Shown here in pieces: positions 29,894 through 39,974 of a stretch of 64,000 nucleotides of DNA. Position 1 is the first letter of the stretch. Each line of letters begins with the position of its first letter. A program made the position numbers and the translations under genes. Below the pieces are notes generated by a model. The model was not told the DNA's origin. It was given only the letters and a program-made list of their open reading frames with translations, and ran no database searches. The stretch comes from Gemmatimonadota bacterium (lineage in GTDB: Bacteria; JBHIER01; G020348925). The stretch lies in NCBI GenBank assembly GCA_020348925.1, contig CP070758.1:2371688-2435687 (forward strand). The letters run 5' to 3'.

Positions 29894-31252
29894 ATGTTCG
29901 ATATTGGGATGAAGCGGCTGTTTCAGTTCGTTGTGTTTCTTCTCGTCGGGGCTCCTCTCATTCTCATGTATTTTCCCGCCGGAGCAAAGAGCCAAGCTGA
30001 GTTCGTGGACACGGGGACTCTTGCCGAGCCGATTTTTTATCTGGACTACGCCCGTTTCCGGGCAACGGATCCCGCCCAGACATATATCGAAATCTATTAC
30101 AAAATTGAGTACGATAACTTACAATTTCTTCAAACCGATCAGGGCTATCAAGCAACCTTCGATATAACCGCCATTATTTACAATGACCAGGGCCGACAGG
30201 TGGAGGTCAAAGAATGGCGTGAGAGCGTTTCTGTGGAAACGTACGACGAGACAAACGATGACTTATTGTTTAAGAGTGATCAGATTTCCTTTGTTCTCGA
30301 TCACGGTGAGTACAAACTGGTGGTGCAGTTGGTTGATAATGAATCGAAGAAAATGAGTTCACAGGAGCAGGTCTTCAAGGTGACGCCCTTTCAAGAGGAG
30401 GAGCTGGCCATCAGCGACATTGAGTTCGCCAGTTTTATCTCCCCGGACACTTCCGAATCGAGATTTGTGAAGAATGGACGAAAGGTTGTTCCCAATGTTT
30501 CGAGAATCTACGGTGTTGATAACCAGGACGTCTATCTCTATTATGAAATTTATCATATGCACGTTGATGATGACCTGAAGACGGGAACTTTTGATGTTCT
30601 GTATCAGATTCGCAGCAGCATGGGGAAGTTGGGTTTATCGTATGAGACGACGATTGACAAACCTGGGGAGAGCAGCGCCCAAAGCCTGAAGCTGAACTTG
30701 AGCAAGTTGAAACAGGGTCCCCATGAACTGAAAATAAAAGTGAAGGATAATGACACAGGTGAGGAGGTCGAAGTGAGGGGGGAGTTCACGATCCAATGGT
30801 CGGATTTTTATTTGGTTGAACACGATTTCGACCTTCTGGTGGATCAACTCCGTTACATTGCCCGCGAGGATCAGATACGGGAATTGAAAAACGCTCCAGA
30901 GGAAAAGCGAACGGAACTTTTGAACACCTTTTGGGAGGACAAAGATCCCACACCTGGAACCCCTCAGAACGAGCTGAAGAAGGAGTATTACCGACGTATT
31001 CGGTACGCCAATGAAAATTTTTCCACTTTCGGTCAGAACGGATGGAAAAGTGACATGGGTGCCATTTACATTATCTACGGTCCGCCGAGTGAGGTCGAGC
31101 GTCACCCCTATGAATTTACGTCAAAGCCTTACGAAATCTGGTGGTATTATGCCATCAATCGGCGGTTTCTCTTTGTCGATGAGAATGGCTTTGGTGACTA
31201 TAGGTTGCATTATCCGGACTGGTACGACGATGGACTCTATCGAAGTCGGTAA
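29894..31252 (+). CDS. GWxTD domain-containing protein
   Basis: Signal/TM segment. C-terminal FWEDKDPTPGTPQNE..EYYRRI.YAN…GWKSDMG.IYI.YGPP…YEIWWY. Confidence 0.85.
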   Translation: MFDIGMKRLFQFVVFLLVGAPLILMYFPAGAKSQAEFVDTGTLAEPIFYLDYARFRATDPAQTYIEIYYKIEYDNLQFLQTDQGYQATFDITAIIYNDQGRQVEVKEWRESVSVETYDETNDDLLFKSDQISFVLDHGEYKLVVQLVDNESKKMSSQEQVFKVTPFQEEELAISDIEFASFISPDTSESRFVKNGRKVVPNVSRIYGVDNQDVYLYYEIYHMHVDDDLKTGTFDVLYQIRSSMGKLGLSYETTIDKPGESSAQSLKLNLSKLKQGPHELKIKVKDNDTGEEVEVRGEFTIQWSDFYLVEHDFDLLVDQLRYIAREDQIRELKNAPEEKRTELLNTFWEDKDPTPGTPQNELKKEYYRRIRYANENFSTFGQNGWKSDMGAIYIIYGPPSEVERHPYEFTSKPYEIWWYYAINRRFLFVDENGFGDYRLHYPDWYDDGLYRSR

Positions 31253-31332
31253 GAATTGGACGTGCCAATCACATGTGTCTGGTGAAATCCTTTCACGGAG
31301 AAAGGTGAAACTTGAGAAGTGAGGTACTTTCT

Positions 31333-32754
31333 ATGAAAAAACGGAAAAGTGATACGTCTGTCGTGTCTCGTTTCTTCTTTCTTTCTCTGTCAATTCTCAG
31401 TCTTTGTATTGCAGGAACGGCATCTTCCCAGGGGAACGAGGAACTCATTCCACAGATAAGCAGAGGTGATATTCAGTTCTATGTGGATTGCGCAGGATTT
31501 AAAAGTTTCGAGGACCATACGGTGGCGTATGAGGAGATCTACCTCTCCGTTGTTGGGAATCAATTGACCTTCGTTGAAGAAGAGGGTACGATTCGTGCCG
31601 TGGCAGAAGTGCATGTCGTCCTGCGTGATGTCCGAGGGAGTAGGGTCAAAACTGAACACTGGAAACTTGGGTGTGAGGTTGATAACTTTGAGGAGGCTCA
31701 GAAGAAGATTTTTCTCTTCGATGTCTTCGGTTTTATGATGAAGCCTGGGGAGTACTCGCTTGAAGTCAAAGTGAAGGATGCGTATTCAGGAAAGGAAGGC
31801 TCGAATACACTGAAGCTTGAGATTCCACCCTACAAAGGGGATAAGCTCATGCTCAGTGAACTCCAATTGGCCGCAAAGATCGAGCCGGACACCTCCCGGC
31901 ATAAATTTGTCAAGAACGGCCGCAGAATTACCCCGAATCCCATGCGAGTTTACGGTATCAATTGGCCCATGCTCTATTTTTACGCCGAGATCTATAATCT
32001 CTCCCTTGACAGTGATCAGCCTTCCACCTATACGACCCAATACGCGATCCTCGACGAGGAGGGAAGTGTTGTCAAAGAATATCCGGCCAAGGAACTTCAC
32101 AAGCCAGGAGCATCGAGTATCGTAATGAGCGGCCTCAATGTCATTACGCTCCCCAGGGGTTTCTATACCTTCCAGGTGAGCGTTCGAGACAATGATACGC
32201 AGCAAGCGGTCGTTGCTCAAAGGAGTTTTCAGATTTTAAAGCCGGCCAGTCCGGAAGATGCTGAGGAGATGTCCTCCGAATTTACGCCGGAAGTGGCAGA
32301 ACGAAGTTTGGATATTATTAAATATCTGGCATCAAAGGATGAACAGAACACATACAAAGACTTAAACTTAGAGGGAAAGAGAAAGTTTTTAGAGGATTTT
32401 TGGAAACGCAGAGATCCTACACCTGACACTCCAAAAAATGAGTTTCAAGAGGAGCATTTTCGGCGTTTCAGTGAGACCAATCGACTTTTCACGTCGAGCA
32501 ATAGAGAAGGCTGGAAAACGGACTTTGGCCGGACCTTTATTGTCTACGGAAAGCCAGACGACGTTGAACGACATGTCCACGAGGTCGACGTGAAGCCGTT
32601 CGAGATATGGTATTATTATTCCGTAGAGGGTGGTATTCAATTCGTCTTCGGTGATCTCGACGGATTCGGCAATTACACGCTCATCCACTCGACTGCCCGC
32701 AACGAGGTCAATGACCCGGATTACATGCGCTGGCTTCAACACAGCCCCCGCTAA
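31333..32754 (+). CDS. GWxTD domain-containing protein (tandem paralog)
   Basis: FWKRRDPTPDTPKNE…GWKTDFGR.FIVYGKPD…FEIWYY…FVFGD. Confidence 0.88.
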   Translation: MKKRKSDTSVVSRFFFLSLSILSLCIAGTASSQGNEELIPQISRGDIQFYVDCAGFKSFEDHTVAYEEIYLSVVGNQLTFVEEEGTIRAVAEVHVVLRDVRGSRVKTEHWKLGCEVDNFEEAQKKIFLFDVFGFMMKPGEYSLEVKVKDAYSGKEGSNTLKLEIPPYKGDKLMLSELQLAAKIEPDTSRHKFVKNGRRITPNPMRVYGINWPMLYFYAEIYNLSLDSDQPSTYTTQYAILDEEGSVVKEYPAKELHKPGASSIVMSGLNVITLPRGFYTFQVSVRDNDTQQAVVAQRSFQILKPASPEDAEEMSSEFTPEVAERSLDIIKYLASKDEQNTYKDLNLEGKRKFLEDFWKRRDPTPDTPKNEFQEEHFRRFSETNRLFTSSNREGWKTDFGRTFIVYGKPDDVERHVHEVDVKPFEIWYYYSVEGGIQFVFGDLDGFGNYTLIHSTARNEVNDPDYMRWLQHSPR

Positions 32755-32982
32755 TTTGTCATCTCGGAAATACAACGGTTTTCAAGATGGTTCAGGGGAG
32801 GTCGGGAAAAAGGGTGTGCTTTCCCCAGAGGGTAGCGCGTTTCGATGTGAATTGGCGGAGCGTCTTAACTCGTCCCAATTATCGACCTGAGGACGAGAGC
32901 CTTCACCATATCCCGAACGTTTTCGGGACGGGGATGATGCGAGCGAGGCTCTTTTTCAGAGATGAGGTTTCATCAGTGAAAT

Positions 32983-33015
32983 AACCTTCCGGAAATTCGG
33001 AACCTCCGGGAGGTT
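32983..33015. repeat. 33-nt palindromic repeat, also terminator-like
   Basis: AACCTTCCGGA/TCCGGGAGGTT arms followed by TTCTCTTT. Aligns without gaps to 12587-12619. Confidence 0.65.
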
Positions 33016-33675
33016 TTCTCTTTGTGCGAAATGAAATCCGAGGTTTCGGGTCTCTTTGTCCTTTCGAACCCCGAGCTGAGCAATACAACAGGTGTCACCA
33101 GAAAACTGGCCGTGCTGCCCGATGCACATGGCAGTCCCGTTATCTCCTGCTGAGTCAGGAGTCCTCCTTCTGACCCAAACGGAATCACATGATCGGGTTT
33201 ATCCGTGTGGGCATAAAACGTCTCCCCGAGCGAAGAAGAAGAATCCGCGGCTCCTTTGAACGAAGAAATCCATGCATGTCTCATATTATCTCGTGTATTG
33301 AACCTATTTTTCCCCTGAGCTTCTCATCATTCTTAGCCTTATCATTCCCTCTAAGTTCCATATAAAAAACTACTTGTTTTTTTTTGAAAGATTTGTATAT
33401 TCAGAACGAGAGGCTTGATTATGAGGTTTGAAGCTTTCCGCAGTCAAACGCCTCTTGAAGGAGTTGATTGTCAACCGGAGGGAAGGGGTTGTTCAGATGA
33501 ATATTGTTGTCATTCATGTATCATATATTTATACCAATAAGTAATATATTCAGTAGCAGTCCCCACGTTAGGAAAAAATGATGTGTTTTGCGTTCGGAAA
33601 AAACGCGTCTCTTCGAATTGACGAGGCAGGGCGTGCGGGAATTGCCGATCACCACATTTGTGTGGGCAAATAACA

Positions 33676-35355
33676 ATGGAGAAGAAGACGGTTCTGTCGT
33701 TATTTTTTATTTTTGTAAGTACTTTAGTATTGCTCTTTGGTTCCTATTCCTTGGACAAAAGCGGCTTCTCTTCGGGCTCTTTTGAGAACGGGATATGGGA
33801 TTGGCTCTTGCCGGATGATCCCTTTACCGCCCAGAGTTTCTTGGGCTCGGTAGCGGAGGTCATCTGCGGGATTTTAGCTATTGCCATCACTGTCGTGGCA
33901 ATAATAGTCCAGCTTGCTGCAAACAGATATACCTCGAAAATAATTGACTTGTTCATCAACAACGCGGTCAATGTCATCATTTTAAGTTCCTTTGTCGTGA
34001 CTTCGGTTTACGGTCTTTGGGTGACGAATTCGATCGAGGTCACAGCGAATGGACTGCCTGGGGAGAATTTTTTCCCGAGAATAGGGATCTCGGCTTATTT
34101 GGTCTTGACAAGCATAAGCTTTTTCGTGTTGGTTCCGTATTTCTTTTATGTCTTCTATTTTCTTAAACCGCAAAACATTATTAATAGAATAAAGAGGCAA
34201 GCCGACGGTTTTCTGAAGGAGGCGGTTATTAAGAACAGGAAATTGGGTACTGAAAAGAGCAATGACTTGCTTCAGGATAACGTCAACACCCTTCAAGATA
34301 ACGTCATAGCCAATATAGAGCAATTAAGTGAGATGGCCATGAGCTCGCTCACCCAAGCCGATCGAAGTTTGGGTGTGGATTGTATAAAATCTATGCAAGA
34401 AATTCTAACCGGAGAGAGTGATCATACTGAAGGACATGACCTGAAAGAGGGGTACTTGGATCGAAAAAAGCAATTTCCGAAAGAGTGGCTTGAGGTTCAG
34501 CGGAAGCATTTTGGGGAATTTGATCAGGAAACTATCAACGAGCTCGTGTTACTCAGGTACTGGGTCGAAATGAAAATCGCGCAGGAATTTTTAGCGATCC
34601 TCATTCACTCTCTGAATAAGGAACGAAAATTGGTGAACACCATTGCCATCAGCACTCGAGAAATTGGGGAGAAGGCATTGAGATTGAGAAGCGGGTCGGA
34701 TGATGCTGTTTTGCATCTCACAATAAACTCATTCAATACATATTTAAAGCATGGTATAGACAAAGATGACATCCTGTCCACTATTGACATACTCTACCAG
34801 TATCGTTTTTTTGCTGAAAAAATATTACAGGAAAGCGAGGATCCAAACATTGTCATTGTCATTGCAAATCGTTTCAAAGATTACGGGCGCATTGCTTTTG
34901 TGGAACACATGGCTCCTGTGTTAGAAACCATTGCTTTTGATCTGAGAAGCTTAAATGAGGTTGCGTTCAAATGTTACAGAGCAAAGAATGAAGCTGACGA
35001 GTATAAAAATATCATACGGAAGCTTTTAGATATTTTTCTCGCCGTGGATGATTTTCCGGAGCGCAGTCAAGATGAAGAAACACTCGTTGGGGTGCGGAAA
35101 AGCCAGGCAATATTGGCCAGTTTTTATATGTTGCGAAAGCATGATACCTTTTGCAGTGAACTTCTCACGAAGATAAGAAATGATATGAAAGAAGAGCCTC
35201 TTGATCGATTGCGATCGATTAAAAAGGAGATCTTGGCGTGTGAAACGGAAATGCAGCCTGTGATTGATGAAAATAGGCCAAACAGAGAATATATCACACT
35301 CAACAGAAAGGATGCGTTAATCGAGTTCTTTGAGCAATTGGGAATCGATCCTTAA
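33676..35355 (+). CDS. Membrane protein, DUF2254-like N-terminal TM domain plus a helical cytoplasmic domain
   Basis: About 4 TM helices with IIVQLAANRYT and VPYFFYVFYFLKP.NII, then a long soluble region. AT-richer coding sequence. Confidence 0.6.
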   Translation: MEKKTVLSLFFIFVSTLVLLFGSYSLDKSGFSSGSFENGIWDWLLPDDPFTAQSFLGSVAEVICGILAIAITVVAIIVQLAANRYTSKIIDLFINNAVNVIILSSFVVTSVYGLWVTNSIEVTANGLPGENFFPRIGISAYLVLTSISFFVLVPYFFYVFYFLKPQNIINRIKRQADGFLKEAVIKNRKLGTEKSNDLLQDNVNTLQDNVIANIEQLSEMAMSSLTQADRSLGVDCIKSMQEILTGESDHTEGHDLKEGYLDRKKQFPKEWLEVQRKHFGEFDQETINELVLLRYWVEMKIAQEFLAILIHSLNKERKLVNTIAISTREIGEKALRLRSGSDDAVLHLTINSFNTYLKHGIDKDDILSTIDILYQYRFFAEKILQESEDPNIVIVIANRFKDYGRIAFVEHMAPVLETIAFDLRSLNEVAFKCYRAKNEADEYKNIIRKLLDIFLAVDDFPERSQDEETLVGVRKSQAILASFYMLRKHDTFCSELLTKIRNDMKEEPLDRLRSIKKEILACETEMQPVIDENRPNREYITLNRKDALIEFFEQLGIDP

Positions 35356-35414
35356 GACACCATCGCCAAATTGATGTCAACAGAGTTCATATCATGGAGG
35401 GTGGAGGTACTGTC

Positions 35415-35840
35415 ATGATTGATAAAAACAGAGCAAAGAAAAAGATTATCTGGGTTGTTCAAATTTTAGATAATAAGGGTACCGAGTACCCTCTCGATGC
35501 AGGGAAAACAAAAATAGGCAGATATCCGAAGGTGAACGATATTGTGATAGACGCACAATTCGGACGTGTTTCCAGGGAACACTGCTCTCTTACTGTTAAG
35601 GAGACCAGTGCCAAGGCAGGAGACGAACCATCCATTCCGGATTGTTTGTATAAAGATATTGGGAGTGCAAACGGAAGTTACAAGATACTCTCCGGACAGA
35701 GACCTCGGGAGTTAACCAAGGGACGCTCGTATCCACTTGAAGATGGGAACATTATTCGATTGGGACACCCGGAGAACATCGAAGGTACGGTGGACATTCG
35801 ATTCGTAACGAGGAAATTTCTTGAAACCTTGATTGAATAG
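35415..35840 (+). CDS. FHA domain protein
   Basis: FHA signature IGR…NDIVI…VSREHC…DIGSANGS…LEDGNIIRLG. RBS GGAGGT. Confidence 0.88.
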   Translation: MIDKNRAKKKIIWVVQILDNKGTEYPLDAGKTKIGRYPKVNDIVIDAQFGRVSREHCSLTVKETSAKAGDEPSIPDCLYKDIGSANGSYKILSGQRPRELTKGRSYPLEDGNIIRLGHPENIEGTVDIRFVTRKFLETLIE

Positions 35841-35926
35841 AAAGCCTGCCGTCAGGAATCCGTATTCTTGTATTGGTGCCAAATGTTCATGCAGGGAAAT
35901 GATTTCGCTTTCAGATAGGATGTGCC

Positions 35927-38900
35927 ATGAAGGGAACATTAGCCGGGGGAAAATATAAAATCGGCCAATTTATAGGAGAAGGCAGGTTTAGCAAGGTCTA
36001 TGATGCCCATCATAGCGCTTTGAATAAAAAAGTGGCCATAAAGGAATTAAAGGAAGATTTACGGAAAGACAAAAGAGCGCTCGAGCGTTTCAAAAATGAG
36101 GCCCAAATGATCGCTCGCTTGGAGCATCCAAACATCGTGAAGATTTACGATTTTTTTGAGCACGATTACTATTTTGTCATGAGCAGGCTCTATCGTCCAT
36201 TGGATTTGGAAATTCGAAGAACCAAGGGGTTTTCCTTCCCCAGAGCCCTTGGATTTTCGCTGGATCTTGCGAAAGCCCTGGAGTTTCTATCCGAAAAGAA
36301 TATTATTCATCGGGATATCAAGCCTTCAAATATAATGTTCACGAAGGAAGAAAAAGGTAGGGCGGTCTTAACAGATTTTGGTATCGCTGTCAAAATGGGT
36401 ACGCCTCTGAAAGGAGCGGCTGGTACTCCGGAGTATGCATCGCCAGAGCAAATCAAAGTGGAACCGGTAGATCAGCGCTCAGATATGTATTCCTTCGGGG
36501 TGGTCCTGTATATGATCGTCACGGGTCGAGTTCCATTCTCCGGAGAAGATTTTGATGAAATCATCCAGAAACACACCACCCAAAAGCTCGTTCCTCCAAG
36601 TAAGATTGTGGGAAGAATTGATCAGCAGTTTGAAGGGATCATACTGCGACTTCTCCAGTTTGACAGAAAAGATCGGTATCCGTCGGTCGTCTCATTGAGT
36701 GACGAATTGAATGAGGTAAAAAATCGGTATCGGGATACCGTTTTTGATCGGGCCGAACGATACGAATCCGAAGGTAAGATTATACTGGCTATTAATGAAC
36801 TCGATTCATATCTGGAAGATGTCGATCCGGACGATACGGAAATTGTGAAAAAAAGAGGTCGCATTCAAAAGATCCAGTATATCTCGAATGCCGAACATGC
36901 CCTGAAGCGGGGGGATGTGAGCAAGGCGAAAGGGGAGATTGAGTGTGCCCGATCGTTTGACATCAGGGACGGTGTATTAGAGGATAAGGAGTATACCGTT
37001 GAAGCACGCATACGAAAAGCGGAAGAGTTGACCGAAGATGCCAAAAAGTTGTTAGAGACAAAACGTTTTGAAGCGGCCAAGGAGAAGTTTCAGGAACTGC
37101 AGAACGTGGAACCAGAGAACTATGATATCAATAAATATATTGAGTCATGTGAGTCGCTTGTTGAGGCGTTTGAAAACAAGAAAAAGAAAGATTATCAAAG
37201 TGCGTTGCAGAAATTAAGAAATGCCAAGGAGAGTTTCCCTGATGTTCTCTATATTGAAGACGAGATGAAGCAGATTGAAAAAGTCGTTCAGGAGTTGGAA
37301 CACCTTGTTGATGAACATAATGACTTGGTCAAGACGTATACTGAGAATCTACCAATCTCCAAGCTCGGTTCGGAATTGGAGAAAGTCAAGGAGTCCAACG
37401 TGCTGTTCGACAACACTGCTCAGGATGAACTGAAACAGATTTACTGCCAAATTCATTTCGCCATTGCCGAAATATTATTAAAGGATGGGGAACCTGACGT
37501 CGAATCGATAAAACTCCAATTGCGGCAAGCTTTAAATGACGATCCTGAATTTCTACCGGCGAAGATAAAGATGGCACTGGTTGAAGTTATGGCTGAGAAT
37601 TATCAAGCCGCCAAAATGATTTACCATGACCTGACTCCCGTTGATAGTACGTTCAATACGAATTTGGAGCTGATGACGCTTCTCAGTGCGGCGAGTAAGA
37701 AGAGCAGGAACAGACATTATGATGAAGCACTTTCCGCACTGAACGAGGCGAGTAGGACATTGGACGAGGAACAGGCCCATCATGCCAGCATTATCGGAGA
37801 GAAGATACAAAAAATCCGACAACAAATTGAAGATAAACAGAAAATGAAGCACATTGATGAGACCCAGATAGAACACACACCCCTGCCTTCTGGACGGAAA
37901 CCCGAAAGGATGGGAAGGGAAAAAACAATAACCGAACCTATTGAGGAAGTCAAAAAGAGTCGAGTGAAAAGAGCATGCATCCTCATCCCTGCGGCTGTTG
38001 TGGTTCTATTTTGCTTGGTTTATCTTCTCTTCTTCAACAAACCCGGAGTCACGCCGGAAGATACGAAAGCGTATCAACATGCTTTGGCTTTCGACGACGA
38101 TGGAGAGAAGAGTATCGATGAGAAAATCAGAGTATGGAAAGATTTTGGGGTAGACTTCCCCACCTCCCAATGGATACAACAGGCGCAGGAACGTCTACGG
38201 TATTGGGGTGAGGCGGCTTATCAGCAAGCACAACGGATTGATGCCGATAGCACCGCCTCGGACGATGAGAAGCTGGGGGCCTGGAAGTATTTTATAGAAC
38301 TCTGCGAAAGTCTGGTTCAAGATTCTCTCGTGGGCTCACGGATTGATTCTGCCAATGAGAGATTGAACTATTACCAGGCGATACTCGTTGATCCTGGCAA
38401 AGGGAAGGCAGAGGAGGCCTTTGCGCATGCTCAGGCCGTGGATCAAGACCCGGCGCGTTCCCCTCAGGAGAAGATCGGAATGTGGCAAGAATTACAGAGA
38501 GAGTATTCCTCCTCCCCCTATGTATCGGAGGCCGAGAAAAGGATCCGTTTCTGGACAGGGGAGTTGGGGAAAAAGGCTTATATCCTGGCCCAAGAGGCCG
38601 ATCAGGATCCCATGAGATCTCCGCAAGAGAAGATCGGAATGTGGCAGAAATTTGTAAAGGATTATCCCTCCTCTGCAAACGTATCGAGGGCCAAGAAGAG
38701 AATTCTTTTCTGGCGGAGCGAAATTGTTTTCAATGACACCTACAGCCTGGATAGGGATGAGGGTGCTTCTCCTCAAGAGAAGAGCGCAGCGTGGAGCGCA
38801 TTTATCGAGAACTATCCTTCATCGGAAAGAGTTGGTGAGGCCGAGGAAAGAATCCGCTATTGGGCAATGGTATTCATTGAAGACTTCGAAAACAATGATC

Positions 38901-39400
38901 ATGGCTGGCCGCAGAACAGCAGCAAGGATGTGACCAATTATACGGACCTGGGGGATTACACGGTCTTCTACAGCACCACCGCCCGGATGACGACGTACAA
39001 CGACGCTCAGGATTACGGCAATTTTGAGCTTCGGACGTCAGTCCGGTACAGCAGTGGCGAGAACACACAGATGTTTGGTATCGCCTTCCGGATCAAAGAT
39101 CACGGCAATTTCTATATATTCGGCATCTCAGGAGATGGTCGGTACTCTTTCCGAAAAAAGGTCGACTATGAGACCTACAGTATTTCCGGTGGTGAGTCGA
39201 ATGCTATTCATCAGGAAAAAGGAGCTGTGAACTCGATCAGATTTTTAGTGGATACTCACCGATTCGAGTTTTATATCAATGGAGTTTTTGTGGCCGGTCG
39301 AGAGGATGAATCGATTGATTCTGGTAAAATTGGTTTTTATGTCGAACCGCGAGTAATGGTTCATTTTGATTATCTCAATGTTGTGCCTTTCACCAAATAA
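35927..39400 (+). CDS. Transmembrane Hanks-type Ser/Thr protein kinase (kinase, TPR-like region, TM, helical repeats, beta-sandwich)
   Basis: GEGRFSKVY, VAIK, HRDIKPSN, DFG, GTPEYASPE and DMYSFG. TM ILIPAAVVVLFCLVYLLFF. C-terminal EDFENN..GW…FYING…GKIGF (DUF1080/LamG-like). Confidence 0.92.
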   Translation: MKGTLAGGKYKIGQFIGEGRFSKVYDAHHSALNKKVAIKELKEDLRKDKRALERFKNEAQMIARLEHPNIVKIYDFFEHDYYFVMSRLYRPLDLEIRRTKGFSFPRALGFSLDLAKALEFLSEKNIIHRDIKPSNIMFTKEEKGRAVLTDFGIAVKMGTPLKGAAGTPEYASPEQIKVEPVDQRSDMYSFGVVLYMIVTGRVPFSGEDFDEIIQKHTTQKLVPPSKIVGRIDQQFEGIILRLLQFDRKDRYPSVVSLSDELNEVKNRYRDTVFDRAERYESEGKIILAINELDSYLEDVDPDDTEIVKKRGRIQKIQYISNAEHALKRGDVSKAKGEIECARSFDIRDGVLEDKEYTVEARIRKAEELTEDAKKLLETKRFEAAKEKFQELQNVEPENYDINKYIESCESLVEAFENKKKKDYQSALQKLRNAKESFPDVLYIEDEMKQIEKVVQELEHLVDEHNDLVKTYTENLPISKLGSELEKVKESNVLFDNTAQDELKQIYCQIHFAIAEILLKDGEPDVESIKLQLRQALNDDPEFLPAKIKMALVEVMAENYQAAKMIYHDLTPVDSTFNTNLELMTLLSAASKKSRNRHYDEALSALNEASRTLDEEQAHHASIIGEKIQKIRQQIEDKQKMKHIDETQIEHTPLPSGRKPERMGREKTITEPIEEVKKSRVKRACILIPAAVVVLFCLVYLLFFNKPGVTPEDTKAYQHALAFDDDGEKSIDEKIRVWKDFGVDFPTSQWIQQAQERLRYWGEAAYQQAQRIDADSTASDDEKLGAWKYFIELCESLVQDSLVGSRIDSANERLNYYQAILVDPGKGKAEEAFAHAQAVDQDPARSPQEKIGMWQELQREYSSSPYVSEAEKRIRFWTGELGKKAYILAQEADQDPMRSPQEKIGMWQKFVKDYPSSANVSRAKKRILFWRSEIVFNDTYSLDRDEGASPQEKSAAWSAFIENYPSSERVGEAEERIRYWAMVFIEDFENNDHGWPQNSSKDVTNYTDLGDYTVFYSTTARMTTYNDAQDYGNFELRTSVRYSSGENTQMFGIAFRIKDHGNFYIFGISGDGRYSFRKKVDYETYSISGGESNAIHQEKGAVNSIRFLVDTHRFEFYINGVFVAGREDESIDSGKIGFYVEPRVMVHFDYLNVVPFTK

Positions 39401-39415
39401 AGAAGGGGAGGTGTC

Positions 39416-39895
39416 ATGTTGAAAAAATATGTTTCGCTCGTCTTGACCGTAACATGTCTCTTTTCGGTTCTCCTGACGGATTTGAATTGGGCCTTCTTGA
39501 TAATGGAATCCGCTACAGTGACGATCAGTACGAAGCCGGGAGAAGCGGATGTCTACATTGATGGCAATTTTGCCGGGACGTCTGCGATCAAGGGGAAACG
39601 CATATCTGTGGGAAAACATATCATCCGTGTGGAGAAAGAAGGATATATCCCCTGGGAGGGCGAAATTGAAATAGTTGCCGGTGAAAACGTGATAGATATT
39701 CCTCCCTTACAGATTAAGACAGAACCGGAACCTCTGGTAACAAAAAAACAAAAGTCATGGTATGAAAAATGGTGGATATATGGCTTAGGAGCGGTCGTTG
39801 CCGGTTCGCTTGCCGCTCTGTCAGGTGGTGGTGGTAATGGAGGTAACGGTGGTTCAACGCCTCTCCCGTCACCGCCTTCACCGCCCGGAAACTGA
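39416..39895 (+). CDS. PEGA domain protein with C-terminal WW-TM-Gly/Pro tail
   Basis: Signal peptide, STKPGEADVYIDG…GKHIIRVEKEGY, WYEKWW plus hydrophobic segment, GGGGNGG and PSPPSPP. Confidence 0.82.
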   Translation: MLKKYVSLVLTVTCLFSVLLTDLNWAFLIMESATVTISTKPGEADVYIDGNFAGTSAIKGKRISVGKHIIRVEKEGYIPWEGEIEIVAGENVIDIPPLQIKTEPEPLVTKKQKSWYEKWWIYGLGAVVAGSLAALSGGGGNGGNGGSTPLPSPPSPPGN

Positions 39896-39974
39896 TCGCG
39901 TAAATGAGAACAATATCTTAAATAATTGAGATGGTTCCTGTCATGTATACTCTCGCAAGAAGGAGGTACGAACT

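Noticed and set aside
32945-32980. Hammerhead ribozyme on the minus strand (CTGATGA…GAAA)
   Set aside because: No stem II can form between the two core motifs.
32973-33284. 103-aa minus-strand ORF in the intergenic gap
   Set aside because: It has no convincing RBS or motif and runs through palindromic repeats. Not supportable as a gene, though not excluded.
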